Program-made: the position numbers and the translations under genes
Notes under the pieces: generated by a model
Told to the model about the DNA's origin: nothing
Seen by the model: only the letters and a program-made list of their open reading frames with translations
Database searches by the model: none
Part shown: in pieces, positions 48,075-60,925 of the stretch
How the letters are laid out: each line of letters begins with the position of its first letter
How positions within the stretch are numbered: the first letter of the stretch is position 1
Assembly (NCBI GenBank): GCA_028534125.1
Contig: CM052816.1
Location: 87,050,001-87,114,000, forward strand
Length of the DNA stretch: 64,000 nt
Source of the DNA: Lama glama
Lineage: Eukaryota
Direction of reading: 5' to 3'

Positions 48075-50790
48075 CAACCTGAGGTGCTTACCAAAGCCCC
48101 TCTAGGAGTGCAGAAGTTGAGCGAGAGTGAGATAAAGAATGAGGAAAAGCCAGTGAGAGTTTACTGTGTAACTAAGAGACCCTCCTTACCTGGGGACAGT
48201 GCATTCATTCACTCAGCGCATGCACCACTCAGCCTTTCTGAGATGTGGGGAAGAGGAGGCAATGAGGGAGATAGAGTCAGAAATCATTTTTAGTTGATTT
48301 CTGAAGTTTTCCCAACTTTCAGCAGTACCAGATGCTTGTGTTCTGTCACTCCTCTTCACTACCAGTCCTTTGTTCAGGCGTTTTTTATGATAAAAGACAA
48401 ACCATAGTCAAGTTACAGATGATCTGGAGAGTCAGAATCGAAATGTTACGGAAACGACAGGCCAGTCAAGAAACAAGCACCACTCGGAGGGTTGGAGTAC
48501 TCAGATGTATTACGCCGGCGGGCTCAGAGGGGTTTCTGCTCCAAAGCTCTGAGCACCTCCAAGACGGGCACATGAGGTTTTACAGGGTGAAGTACAAGCT
48601 TGGGGTATTCGGCCAATAGGCATGGAACAGCTTTAGCAGCATTATCATAGTGGAGGCGGGGAGGCAGCAAACCAACATTCCAAAGCCAGATATGTATCTT
48701 TGAAAACCCAGCTGGCTAGCAAAAAAACATGAACAGCAAAACAACACTAATCAACCTAGATTTACAAGTTAGTCTAGCAGAACTCAGATCAGTATTCCAG
48801 TACTTAGATTTATGAGTTATCTTGTTAGACCAGCCCGGCTTTTCCTTCACAATAACACAGGTCAATTTCACGGCAGGAGGTTAATGGCTGAATTCAGCTG
48901 ATTGGATAGGAAAAGAATAGCATTGCAACTTGAAAAAGTATCCGCATTTAAAAGCTATCACTGATTGTTCAGAGGGGAGGTTAAGGACTGCCAAAGCAGG
49001 AGAGGATAATTCCTCATGTAATGTGTTATCCTTCACTGCAAGGCACTTGGCCAACTCTTGGCAGAAGTCACAAGTCTGGCGTGCACTGGTGGTCTCTGCG
49101 TGGGAATATGGGTCCTTGCTAAGATGGTTGTGATGCCATGTCCTCTAGGATGATGGTTCTAGTCAGCGGTAGTCACAATCTGGGGAGTGCAGGCTCCAAC
49201 GGCAACTTGAGTCTAGGCAGTTTTATTCAAAAATGGCCCCTTTTGCAGGCATCTACATGAGTGACAGAGACAGTCCAGTCAGTAGCAGTAATTGTTTCCA
49301 GTTTGCAGCCCTGAAGAAGGGAATGTTTCACTGGCCAGTCTGTAGTTTTCCAAGTAACAGACTAACAGGTAGCAGTGGTAATACCCAACAGTAGGTAAAA
49401 CTATAACAAGTTTTGCCAAGTGGACTATTGGCCAGAGCTGGGAGGATCAACCCAAGTTTTACTAACTGAACAGAGCACCCGGGTCAACTTTTGGTTCTGC
49501 ATAGCTGGTGTTAAACTGAATAGCTGCAACTGCCTCATAGATGACCTTGGGTCTCAGCTGAGCTAAACCGCCAGTGAACCAGGTCCAGGCATTTAGGGAC
49601 ACCTCTGTGCATCAAGAGCCTAACTGAGTCAGTGGTTTTGATTCACGTAGTACAGTGGAGGTAAAAGTGTCTCCCAAAGAGATAACTGCCATTTTTCATG
49701 TAAATGTTAAAAGTCCTTTTGTTTTTTAAGGGGTGGTATGGTAGCCAGGTCCAATAGGTGGCACTGTTGCACTGGGGAATGGCTCTCATACTCCTGCAGC
49801 CCTAAGGAATTTAAGTAAAGCTGGGATTCACCTCTCTTCTCCTGGGATACCACAGTGTTCCCAGCTGATCACTGGGGAGGAGACAGGTAGAAGGTGATGG
49901 TGGGGAGCAAGGGTTTATTTCATTAGCCCCTTTCTGTGACTGGTGGTCCCTGCATGGTTGCATCTTCTCTAATACTTACATGATGAGGAAGTGCAAATAC
50001 ACAACACATTAGTGCTAATGGTACATTCAGCAGAGGACCTCAGAACGGCGATGTACTGAATTAGCTCTAGGTCCCCATCTACAAAGTCACTTTAGCTTCC
50101 CTTCTTCACTGCCCTTAACCTAATTTCCCTCAGTTCACTTTGAGGGCCTTCCTACCTCCTGAGACCTGCTTGGATGGTGACTTTGGTACCTGTATCCAAC
50201 AGAGCTGTAACAATTTCAGTCCTTCCTCTTGAAGTTCACCAGGATAACTGGATGGGTGTGTATGGCCTTCCGTATCTTTTAGGGACAAAGAGAGCTCGTT
50301 CACATTCCAGTCATCTTTCTCTTTAAAGCAGCTGAGATTGGGTTAGGGAGGAATGGGGATCTTAGGGGATGCAGAGATGAAGGGGGCCGCATGGAATACT
50401 TCCTGTCAGGTTCTGTTTTCCTGTACACTGCTCACATCTTCACCAAACACACTTCTAAAGTTTTTGATTGACTCAAAGCTCTCTATTGACTAGTAATAGC
50501 TTTCAATATTTCTTCTAGTTTTGGAGACTTGTGGGGTCAGCAGCCACAGTCACGTTGCCTTTTGATTTGGGCCACTGAGTTTGCCAACTCAGTGTCACAA
50601 TAACATACTTTCCTCTGTCTACCCAGAGAATAGTACAGAGAACCAAAGACCCCACAGAGGCAGCACATTTCAATCACACCTCTCACTGCTCAGCCCCCTC
50701 CCCATCAATTTAACTCATTCATTAACAGGTATGACAGGGGAGAACCCAACCTCCCCCCAGCCCCAACTCACACACCTTCCACTTAGCTGA
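48075..50790 (-). mobile_element. Decayed ERVL-class internal region (gag remnant, protease, RT N-terminus only, RNase H, integrase)
   Basis: Minus-strand translations: GRPYTPIQLSW and TALLDTGTKVTI (~50165-50272); LNAWTWFTGGLA (~49561-49596); VTWKTTDW; VTHVDA (~49250); HHPRGHG...RQTCDFCQ (~49060-49160); ADTFS (~48935); QASGTAESW (~48320-48347); many stops and frameshifts. Confidence 0.85.
48444..48851 (-). mobile_element. Young ERV1-class solo LTR inserted in the ERVL integrase
   Basis: 'tgttacggaaacgacaggccagtcaagaaacaagcaccactcggagggttggag...tattacgccggcgggctcagagg ... ttccttcaca'; many intact CpGs; integrase-like sequence resumes on both sides; no clean TSD seen. Confidence 0.85.
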
Positions 50791-53354
50791 GAGCATTAAC
50801 TAACAGATCTCAGAAACCCACCTCAACATTTTAACATATGAAAAAGGCTTTTCATCAAACACGTTTTCCCATAATTGCAAATATGCTGTACAGTTTATAG
50901 GGAAATGAAAAGGCAAGGCTTACAAATGAATGAGTGGCTTTGTGTAATAAAATGACAATTTCATGATAAAGTAAATATTATAGAGATTGTAGACGTAATG
51001 AGATAGAGGAGTAACAAAGCTCACTTCCCATTAGTGCCACACCTGCTTAAAGTTTAAATTGCATTATTTTATGCTACATTAAAATGGAGTTTTCTAGAGT
51101 GATATTTTACATTTCTGTTAAGCAGCAGTGAATGCCTTGGTACATTCAGCAACATTCTGTTTTCTACAGTGAACATTTCTATTAGTGACAATTCATCCAT
51201 AATTTTATTTCAAAAGAAAAAAGATGATGCCAGCTAGGACACAGGTATCTATACTCTCCTTTTCTAAACCAGAGTAATAAGGCATTTTAAGCTTGTTAAC
51301 AACTTCTAAATTCAGGCAGATGGAACTTCAATTTAATGCTTCATCTGAACGCCACCTCCCACAAACGTTAATACTGAATAAAACCAGTGTTTTAAAGAGA
51401 GAACACAATTTTCTATCTTACAATTTTAAATTTTATTACTTTTAAAAACTGAGGTTGTTGACATCTTCTGTTATGTGTATGTTTCATTTCTATTAGAAAG
51501 ATTTTGATTCCATATAACTCTTACATGGTAATTTTTCCTTTCCTATTTTATTTATGATTGAATATGTATTAGTATTTTATTCCCATTATTAGAATTACAA
51601 TTACCTAATGGTTTATTGAGACATAGTTTAAATCACATTTTTAACATAAGTAATTTACATAAACATCGTATTTTCTTATTTAAAAGTCATGCTTATTGTT
51701 TCTGGGGAAGGAATTCCGCAGCACTCATTAAAAATGCTTATGCACAGATCCAGAGCTATGGGTAACACAGCTGTTCTTGGTTCACATAGTTCTTGGCTCA
51801 TTTTAAATCTTCCATAAATGTTTTGTTAATAAATATATGAGCATATAAATTTTAAATGGAGATTCTAAATTTTGATAGAAATTGCCATTTTAAAAAACAT
51901 CGGTTTTAAGAACATTTGTATAATTTGGAAAAAACAAATCAAAATATGGGTTATTATTTTTAAAATGACTTATAGAAAAGGGAGAAGGAAGAGCTGTAAA
52001 ACTAAAAGAAAATGGATGTGAATAATGCAAAGAAGCCCCTTAGAATTTTTAGGTTGACCCTCACTTTTTCCTTAGTCAGCATATTTTCATGAACCAATTA
52101 AAATAATTAGAAAAGTTATTCATTCATTTAGCAAAACTGTTTTATTGGTTAGCAAGGATTTAACTTGCCCTAGTAGGGGGATGTATTTGAAGCATAATTA
52201 TTGGTAAATCGATTACTTTCAATACTTCCCATTCCTCTTTAAAGTAATACAGCGTAATAATTATTGAAGAAATATGTCCAGAGAGTTAACTGTTTCCCTG
52301 AGAAAATAATGTTACAATAGCAAAGTGATTTATTTAATAAAACATGCTACTAACAGAAGCAAACAAGTTGCATTGATATGCACCAAGGCATGTAGAACAC
52401 TGCTGTTAGCAAATTAAATGAAGAAATTAAGTGTCTTGGTAAGACTAGTTTTTATTTGGAATCTTGAAAACACATCACTCAGCTTTTTCTTTGCTGTTTA
52501 AAAACACGTATTTAGGAAGTTTGTCTACTGAATTGAATATTTAGCTTTTAGAAATACCAAATCAACTATTTCATTAGATGTAAAACTTGCTGTTTAAAAG
52601 ACTCAATCTATTAACTATCTTAATCTTCAGTAAGGAATGAAACATGTAATTTCAAACTTTTAGGTTCTGTATCATATTCAGTCTCATATACAAAACTGCT
52701 TGTAAAGTTAAGCATTTAAACACCTGAAAATAGTATTCATTCTCGAATTTTGCCCCACCCACTCACCATAGTACTTAAGTTTTACTGACTAAAACTAAAC
52801 AAAACAAAATGAAACTAAACAAAAATCTGCTAGGAAAATCTACATGGAATTTGGATATATTTAATTGTGAAGACAAGTGTCAGAAATTGAAGTGAACTAA
52901 GACATCCATTGCTGTGTAAGTCATGCCTGGCCATATTTATACTAATAAGAAACTATTAGGACACATTTTAATTTTTGTCATTTCATTATCTTAGATTATA
53001 TTTAGTATGACTTAATTTACATCATTGATTGATTTATTTTTCCATGCAAATGATTTATAAACAAACAAAAACATATGGGAAGTAAATATGTTTATTTTTC
53101 TAACTGTCTATATGTCCACAAAATATTAGATGATCTCTGGGGAAGAAGTTTCCATTAGGAATGAACAAAAACTAGATTTCATGATTTGCAAGCTCTTCAA
53201 TATGGTAAAGAGCCACATCATAGCAGATTGTCCCAAACCTGTTTTAGAAAATCAAAGAGCCATGAGTTTAAATCGCTGATAGTAAGATGTACTGCTTATG
53301 TGGTCTGCCCTACCTGGACATCAAGATAGTAATATTAAATTGATTCAGATATGA

Positions 53355-53468
53355 TTATTCATTCAACAAATATTTTAAAATGGCCCACTATGAACAAAGC
53401 ACAATGTTATGCCCTGAACAACTGTGGGTAAGATCATCCCTACTTTCCTGGGGCATAATAATCATCCT
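53355..53468 (-). mobile_element. L2 3' terminus (antisense)
   Basis: 'ttcattcaacaaatatttt...cccactatgaacaaagcacaatg...tccctactttcctggggc'. Confidence 0.65.
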
Positions 53469-53619
53469 TAGTCAATTTTTTAGCTTGTGGATTTCTGAAT
53501 GAAACAAAGAGAATTAGTTGAGGACACTTCAAACTTTGCAATCTAAAGATGAGTGTATAACTAAGAAATATGATTTTAAGACATAATAGTACTCAGGAGA
53601 TTTCTAATAGTAGATTTCA

Positions 53620-53795
53620 GTGCCATTATACATGTACAGATGAAAATGTCTCTTTAGCTGAATCCCAGAATGGAAAAAGATCTAAATTTATACCAAACGT
53701 GATGTCAGTGAGCAACTAAAATGTATGGTTATAAGCCACTGAGAATTTTGCATCCATTGTTATTCAGCATGACCTAAGCTAGGCTGAGTGATACA
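53620..53795 (+). mobile_element. MLT1H/J-type LTR 3' part
   Basis: 'taagccactgagaatttt...ttgttattcagcatgaccta...ctgagtgataca'. Confidence 0.6.
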
Positions 53796-53904
53796 AAAAT
53801 GATACTACGTTTTCCTAAAATTAACACATTGATATTACTATTTCTGCAGGTTAACTTTCATTTTTGCAGCATATGAATATAATGGTAAAATGCTTGCATA
53901 TAAT

Positions 53905-54085
53905 TTTATATCTAATAAGAACTCAATGAAGGATTTTAATAGGGGGCTGTAACAGGATCAATTCTACATTTTACAGCACTCCTTCTGACTATTCCATCAG
54001 AAGGGATGGGAAAAAGAGAAAAGTCTAAATAGTGTAATCTGCTAAGAAGTCAATTCAATGAATGATGACCAGAGCTTGGTTCCTA
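53905..54085 (-). mobile_element. L2 fragment (antisense)
   Basis: 'tgaaggattttaatagggg...ggatcaattctacatttta...ctctgact'-like phrases. Confidence 0.5.
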
Positions 54086-55409
54086 ATGGAAACTTCTTCC
54101 CCAGAGATCATCTAATATTTTGTGGACATATAGACAGTTAGAAAAATAAACATATTTACTTCCCATATGTTTTTGTTTGTTTATAAGTCATTTGCATGGA
54201 AAAATAAATTAATCGATGTGAGTTAAGTCATATAAAATATAATCTAAGATAATGAAATGACAAAAATTAGAATGTGTCCTAATAGTTTTTCCCAACCATA
54301 AACTTCTGTCCCATAGCAGCAGGGGACTCTGGGGGATGTTGGAAAGCTTAATGACTGAGAACATGAATGGTGAGGTCAACGTTGAGAAGCTCAATTTAGA
54401 ACAATTTTTATTAATCTCTTTAGGATGAGACACACAGTGTATTAAGCCAGTGAGAACAGTAAGTGATTTCTCTTAGATTTATGAAGTCTTTTAACATGTT
54501 CAATTTCATCTCCATCAGTCTCCTTCCTTAGTGTATGATTCATGTTGTACAGATATTCATTCAAAAAGGTGAAAATGTTAATCTCGCCTTAAGTTTCTCC
54601 ATGTGCTACAAGGCTATCCTCTGATGACTGAGTGAAATAACACGGAAGAAAACCCGAGTCAGTGTTAATATGTGCTCTTATTAGAATGCATGGTCTATTT
54701 CCCACTGTAAGTTTTGCTTCTGGCTGTACACATGGGATATACTTTTTTTGTAATGCACTCTGTAGGATATTTTCTTAATGGAAAAAAATTTTGAAAGGTT
54801 GCATCTGGTGAATCACTGTGTGGAAAACTGGTATTTGTTTTGCTCAGTCTGGATTTTGTCCAGGAAATAATACTTTTCTATTTTCGTACTCAAGACACGT
54901 AAAATTGTTACATTGGATTTTTACCCACAAAGTGTTGTGATGGCTATATTATCATTTATATAGAGAGATGACTTTTACAGATGAATACACATTATTTTTA
55001 TTTTTTATTCTATCTAGCACCCAGGATGAGTGTATGATATAAACTCAGAGTATAGATGAATATCACTTTGTATATTCTGTAGAATTCCGAATGCCCATGG
55101 AAATTTAGATGTGTAGTGCCTGCATAAATCCTTAGTCATTAGAGATTCATTTTTAACAACAAATAAATTTAGTGTAGATTGTGTATGACAAGTGAATTTT
55201 GAAGATCAAACAGAGAAAGGTGAGTTGGGACTGAGTGCCTGGTGTGAATTCAGTAGGATTTTGCATCATCCAAGCATTACTTCATGTTGTGGGGAAGATC
55301 GGACAGATGGGGCTTGAAGTAAAAAGAGACCTAAGCAAATAAAGATGAAAGTATTAACAACAGGATGGTCACTGCTTAATAGTAGTTGTTAATCCAAGAA
55401 TATCTTTGC

Positions 55410-55900
55410 ATTGAATAAAGAATTATTTATCAAAAACTTACTGTGTTTCAGGCTATTTGGATACAGTAATAAATAAAATGTGTTCATTTCTTCAAGGGAT
55501 ATATACTGTAATACTAGGTACAGAAAAGTTAGCTGGTGATTTTCTTGGAGTAGCATAAGTGTCATGATAGATGTACATTAAGAGTGTTATGTGATGAGAT
55601 AAGGAGGTCCCTAACCATCTCGGAGGAGATGGCATATAACTAACTGAGTCCTGAAAGCCAAACAAAAGCTAGGTCAAGGAGGAGCTGGCAGGAGCATTTT
55701 CAGTAGGTGGGAGGACAATGCATAAAGGGTGAGAGTCAGGAGAAACTGGACATGAAGTATAAATGCCAGAGTGGTGAGCCAAGTGGGGCCGATCACGGGC
55801 AGCAATGCGTACATTCTCATTTGTTTGGAGGCCATTGACATCCTTTGACTACTTGGATGCTCTGTGGAGATCAGTCTCATAGCTTGTGAAGCATAGACTA
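55410..55900 (-). mobile_element. L2 fragment (antisense)
   Basis: 'ggatacagtaataaataaaa...ctaactgagtcctgaa...gagcattttcagtagg...ggggccgatcac...gggaggccattga'-like phrases. Confidence 0.6.
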
Positions 55901-56029
55901 GAGGGCACAGGACAAGGTCCCTGCAGACACAAGCCTCAGTTTACCACTTACATATTTCATCACAGTTCTTTCTTCTTCTTTGAAATATTTGCAGAATTAT
56001 ATTTAAGTAGATAGTTCATAAGAATAAAG

Positions 56030-56220
56030 CCAATGAACAAGAGAACTATATAAAGAAAGCAAGTAACAGTTAGTTCTCAGCCTTTGTTGTTTTTTGGCCT
56101 CACTATTGATATTTGAATATATTCCAATGAACAAGAGAACTATATAAAGAAAGCAAGTAACAGTTAGTTCTCAGCCTTTGTTGTTTTTTGGCCTCACTAT
56201 TGATATTTGAATATATTCCA
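56030..56220. repeat. Perfect tandem duplication, 2 x 94 bp
   Basis: 56030-56123 identical to 56124-56217; 'cca' microhomology at the ends. Confidence 0.97.
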
Positions 56221-56919
56221 GCGTCAAAGCAACTTATCTATTTTGGGGGTTTGAAGTTTTTAATTACACCACTTTCCTCGGTGCTTTGTGATCCATTTGA
56301 GAAGTTAACGCAGGAGTCTGATATAAAAATGTTAATTTAATTTAAAGACAGATGTAGAGTGCTGAACTCTACAAGGCCAGAGCTAACATGAGCTCTCAGG
56401 ACCTTTGCCTCCAAATTGAACTTCCCTTTATATTCCAGGCAGAGCAGTCAGACACTTGATAATCTCCTTAGATCGAAGGACTCCTCAGAGCTTTCCACAA
56501 AGAAAAAAATAATAGTGAAGTCTGTTATTAATAGTGTTAGCATTGTTCATCTAAGAATATTTGTGTTTAACGTGGGATAATGAAAATTATTATTAATATA
56601 ATATTATAATTTAATCAGACCTGGTACCTTGACTACCAGGTTCTGGGTGTGGTGAAAATGAAAATACAGATACAATATAGAATAAGTTCAAGTTTTGTGG
56701 TCTGAAATTTTACTTGGAGGTACCAGGATAAATTTATGAATCTTTTTGTGTATTTTTTTTCTATCACTGCCTTGGAAAGACTTAGAAACAATAAAAATAG
56801 CTGTTCTGGAAAATATTCAGTGTCAAAAATTGCTGTGTATTTCCATGGCTGCCAAAATAAACAACTGTGGTTTATCCTAAGAAGATAAAGTTGGCTTAAC
56901 ATTTAAAAATTACTTAATG

Positions 56920-58990
56920 AATTCCATTGTATTAACTGAAGAAGAACATCCATATAATTCCCTCAATGTAAGTCTTAAAGTTTGAAATAAAATTAATCAT
57001 TAAATTTAAAAAAAAACTCTCAGAAATCTAGGAATAGGAGATAAATTCCTTAAAATGGATAAACGGCATCTATCAAAATCCTAGATCTAAGTTCATATTT
57101 AATAGTAAAAAATGAATACTCGTCACCTAAGATCAAGAACAGTGCAAGGATGTCTGCCCTCACCACTTTAAATCAACATTGCGAGGGTACCAGCAAGTGC
57201 AAGAAGGCAAAGCATAGAAAAAATAATGTAAGTTAGAAATGAAATAATAGATTTTCTATAGTCACATAATTGTACTTATAAAACACCTTAGTAAATCTTA
57301 AATAAATGTACCAGGCCATGTAATTTTATTTAAGTCCATGAAAAGTCACTATACCAAAACCTACTGTAGTTTGTAAACAATAACCATAAACAGATAGAAG
57401 ATAAAAGTACAAATCAATGCCATTGACAATCACCCAGAAATATGAACTAACTATAAGGAATGATGTTAACAAAATTTATTTAAGTACTGTATACTGAAAA
57501 CTAAGAAACATTACTGAGAGAAATTTAAGACGACCTGGCAAGATACACATTTTTGAGGATTGGCAAGAAATGGCAAGATACACATTTTCGAGGATTGCAT
57601 GCCTTAATATTGTTAAGATGTCAATTGTTTTCAAATTAATTTATGTAAACTCAATGTAATCTCAAGCAAAACCTCACCAGAGTGGGTTTTTTATAGCAAA
57701 AATTGACACTGATTCCAAAATTTATAATTAAGGATATAGAATACCTAAACAATTTTGAAAAAGAAGAAATTAGAAGACTTACACTGCTTGAGTTTAAAAG
57801 TTTCTGTTAAGCTACAGTAATCTAAACAAAGTAGTATTTGTGTAAGAATAGATATAAAGACCAATGGTGTGGAATACAGAGACCAAAAATGTAAAAATAT
57901 TGGAAGAATCATAGAAAAGCATAACAATTTCCATAAAAAGAAAATTAGAAAAAAAATTATAACCTTTGGTTAAGAAAAGACTTTCTAGCTAGGACACAAA
58001 AGCATTAAGCATTCAAAAATATGACACAATTTATCTAACCTTATTACTTCTTCTCTGTAAGACACACTTTAAAAATGAAAAGTAAGCCTCAGATGGAGGC
58101 AGAATAGTTGACATACATTATTAGACAAAGGACTTGGGTACACACTTTAGAAGACTTCTTCAACTTCATGAAGGTCAACATTCCAATTAAAAAGGACAAA
58201 TATTTGAACACAGCCTTCCCTGAAAAAGATATATGAATATTCCATAACCACATGAAGAGACACAATATTAATCATCATCAGGGAAGTGCAAATTAAGACC
58301 ACAAGAAATATAACTACAGAATCAGTAGAATGGCTAAAGTCAAGACTTGGGGCGAAGTATTGGTGAGAATGTGCAGCAACTTAAGTCTCTTACACATTGC
58401 TGGTTATAATGTAAAATATAAACTTAAATATACATTGCCCATGTGCTGAATTAATTTCACTTCTAGGTATTTAACCAAGAGAAAGTAAACTGATAAAGAG
58501 TGACTTGTACATGAATGTTCACAGTAATTTTACTTATAAAAGGTGCAAGCCTAGAATCAATACAATTATCCATCAAAGGATTGAATAAAGACTGAGACAT
58601 GTGCGTAGGAATACTGCTAGGTGATACGAGAGAACAGACTGCCAATAAACGTGACAGCAAAATGAATCTCACAACTAGCCTCCTAGTAAAAGAAGCCAGA
58701 TAAAAAAGAATACGAACTGAGATTTTATTTACATGAAATTTTAGCACAAACAAAACTAATCTTTAATTAGAAAAAGCAGAGCCGTATCTGCATGAGACTG
58801 AAGAAAGGAATGTGAGGAATGAAGGTAATTGGAAAGAAAAGTTTATGGGGTTATAGAAATGCTTTATAAATATTATTAATATTGTTTTTCCAAGGTTTAT
58901 CTGTATTTATAACTTCAGCAGAGTGTACACCTTAAATGTGTGTATTTTATATGGAAATTGTACCACAATAGTATTTTTTAACTAAAAATA
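56920..58990 (+). mobile_element. Old L1M (L1ME1-like) ORF2 through 3' end
   Basis: 'ctaagatcaagaacagtgcaaggatgtctgccctcaccact', 'ttaatattgttaagatgtcaatt', 'catcagggaagtgcaaattaagaccac', 'ttgtacatgaatgttcacag', 'aaaagaagccaga'. Confidence 0.85.
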
Positions 58991-60000
58991 CAAGGTAGTG
59001 GAATTATATTTTTTGTGGTCTAATCTTGGCAAACATAAAGTCAAATGTTTTATGTTATATTTTCAACATGTGTACACATTAATGCATTAGCTTAAATACT
59101 ATTAAAACTGAAAAAAAAATTTTAATCTACCTCTAAAATGTATTATGAAATCCCAACTTCAATGTAAAATTAAGTAACAACCATGATCTCATTTCATTTC
59201 AGTAGGCAGTATTCTATTATTGTTATATAGAAAAAAATAGGACTATCTTCAAAGATGCTTGAGCTTACTATGTAAAGATAAACTACATTGTAACTATTTA
59301 TAACAATATGCATGGCATATTAACTGGTTAATCATTTTATTTTTTTAGTTTTCTGTCCTATTTCTTGGTTCAGTAAAAATATCAAATCTTTAAATAAAAT
59401 TATTATTATATGTACAGAATGTAAATAATGTTATCAAGTTGAAACATAATAAAAATGCCAAAATATAAATGAAAAAAAGAAACTTCTGTGGATATTATGT
59501 TAATCCATTTGGAATGCAAAGTCTGCTTTGACTGTTTATAGGCTTCTATTAAAAAAAAAAACCCAATGATTTAAATAGGTCATCCACCAGAAAAGAGATA
59601 AGACCTTTATATTTACACAGCAAAAGGAACATTAGATTCATCTCAAGTTTAGTAAAGCAATATGAAAATCTCAATTGAATGGTAAAAAAAAAATAATAAT
59701 AATGAGAAATGCTTTTAGGCTGAAACAACAGTTAATAGAAAAATCAACCAAAACCAAACCCCACAATTTGAATGTAGCAGGGATCAAGAAAGCCTGCCAA
59801 CAACTAAAAAAACTTTTCTGTAGTGAGAATAAAAATGTGAAGGTGATTCTAAAGAATCCAGTTGTAGTAAATGCTCATGAGCCATAACTAACTGGACTGG
59901 GGATGAAGTCCAGATAGTTTCTTTTGATGAGTAATATTGGACTAACAATCCAGAGAGAAATTTTCTTCATACAGATGATAACATTAATACCACTTAACTT

Positions 60001-60925
60001 TTTTTAAAGCGTAATTTCTCCCTCTGTCTGTCTCTGTCTCTGTCTCTCTCTGCCTTTGTCTCTCTCTCTTTTTATTGTTTATAGAAAACACATAACCTGA
60101 GATTTACCCTGTTAACAAATCCTGAGTGCACATGTGTATTGTTAACTATAAGCACAGTGTTGTACAGCTGATCTCGAGAACTTACTCATCTTGCAAGAAT
60201 AAAACATTTACCCATTGTGTGACAACTCCTCATTCCCTCTCTCCTTACGCCCTAGGCAACTACCATTCTACTTTTGAGTTTGACTACTTTAGATATCTCA
60301 TGTAAGTGGAATCATGCAGTATCTGTCTTTCTGTGACTGTCTCACTCCACTTAGCATCATATCCTCACATTTTATCCATGTTGTAATGCAAGACAGGATT
60401 TCCTTCTCTTAATGGCTGAATAATATTCCACTGTATATACCACATTTTCTTTATCCATTCATCCATCCATATACATTCAGATTGTTTCCATCTATTGGCT
60501 ATGGTAAATAGTGCTGCAATGAACATAGGAGTGCAAATATCTCTTCAAGATTCTGATTTCAATTATTTTAGATAAACATAGAGAAGTGAGATTGTTAGGT
60601 CATATAATACCCTCTATTTTTAGTATTTGAGGAAGCTTCATACTATTTTCCATAGTAGCTGTACTAATTTATATTTCCACCAACAGGTCACGGTAGTTCT
60701 AATTAATTAATATCTTCATCAATAATTCTTTTTTTTTATAATGGCCCTCTTAACCAGTGTAAGGAGACATCTTGTGATTTTTATTTACATTTCCTTGATG
60801 ATTAGTGATGTGGAGTATCTTTTCATCAACCTTTTGAGCATTTTTATATATTCTTTGGAGAAATGAGTATTAAATCCTTTGCCCATTTTTGAAATTTGGA
60901 TTTTTTTTGCTATTAAGTTGTAGGA
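60001..60925 (-). mobile_element. L1MA9/10-type L1, 5'-truncated, with CT-rich simple repeat (about 60017-60068) at its tail
   Basis: 'gagatttaccctgttaacaaat...tgttaactataagcacagtgttgtacagctgatctcgagaactta...gtaagtggaatcatgcagtat'; 16-bp TSD taataccacttaactt (59985-60000) / taattctgcttaactt (60926-60941), 13/16. Confidence 0.9.

Noticed and set aside
50573..50594. Perfect 9-bp stem-loop cactgagtt-tgcc-aactcagtg
   Set aside because: Isolated inside a decayed ERV; one such stem is plausible by chance in 64 kb.
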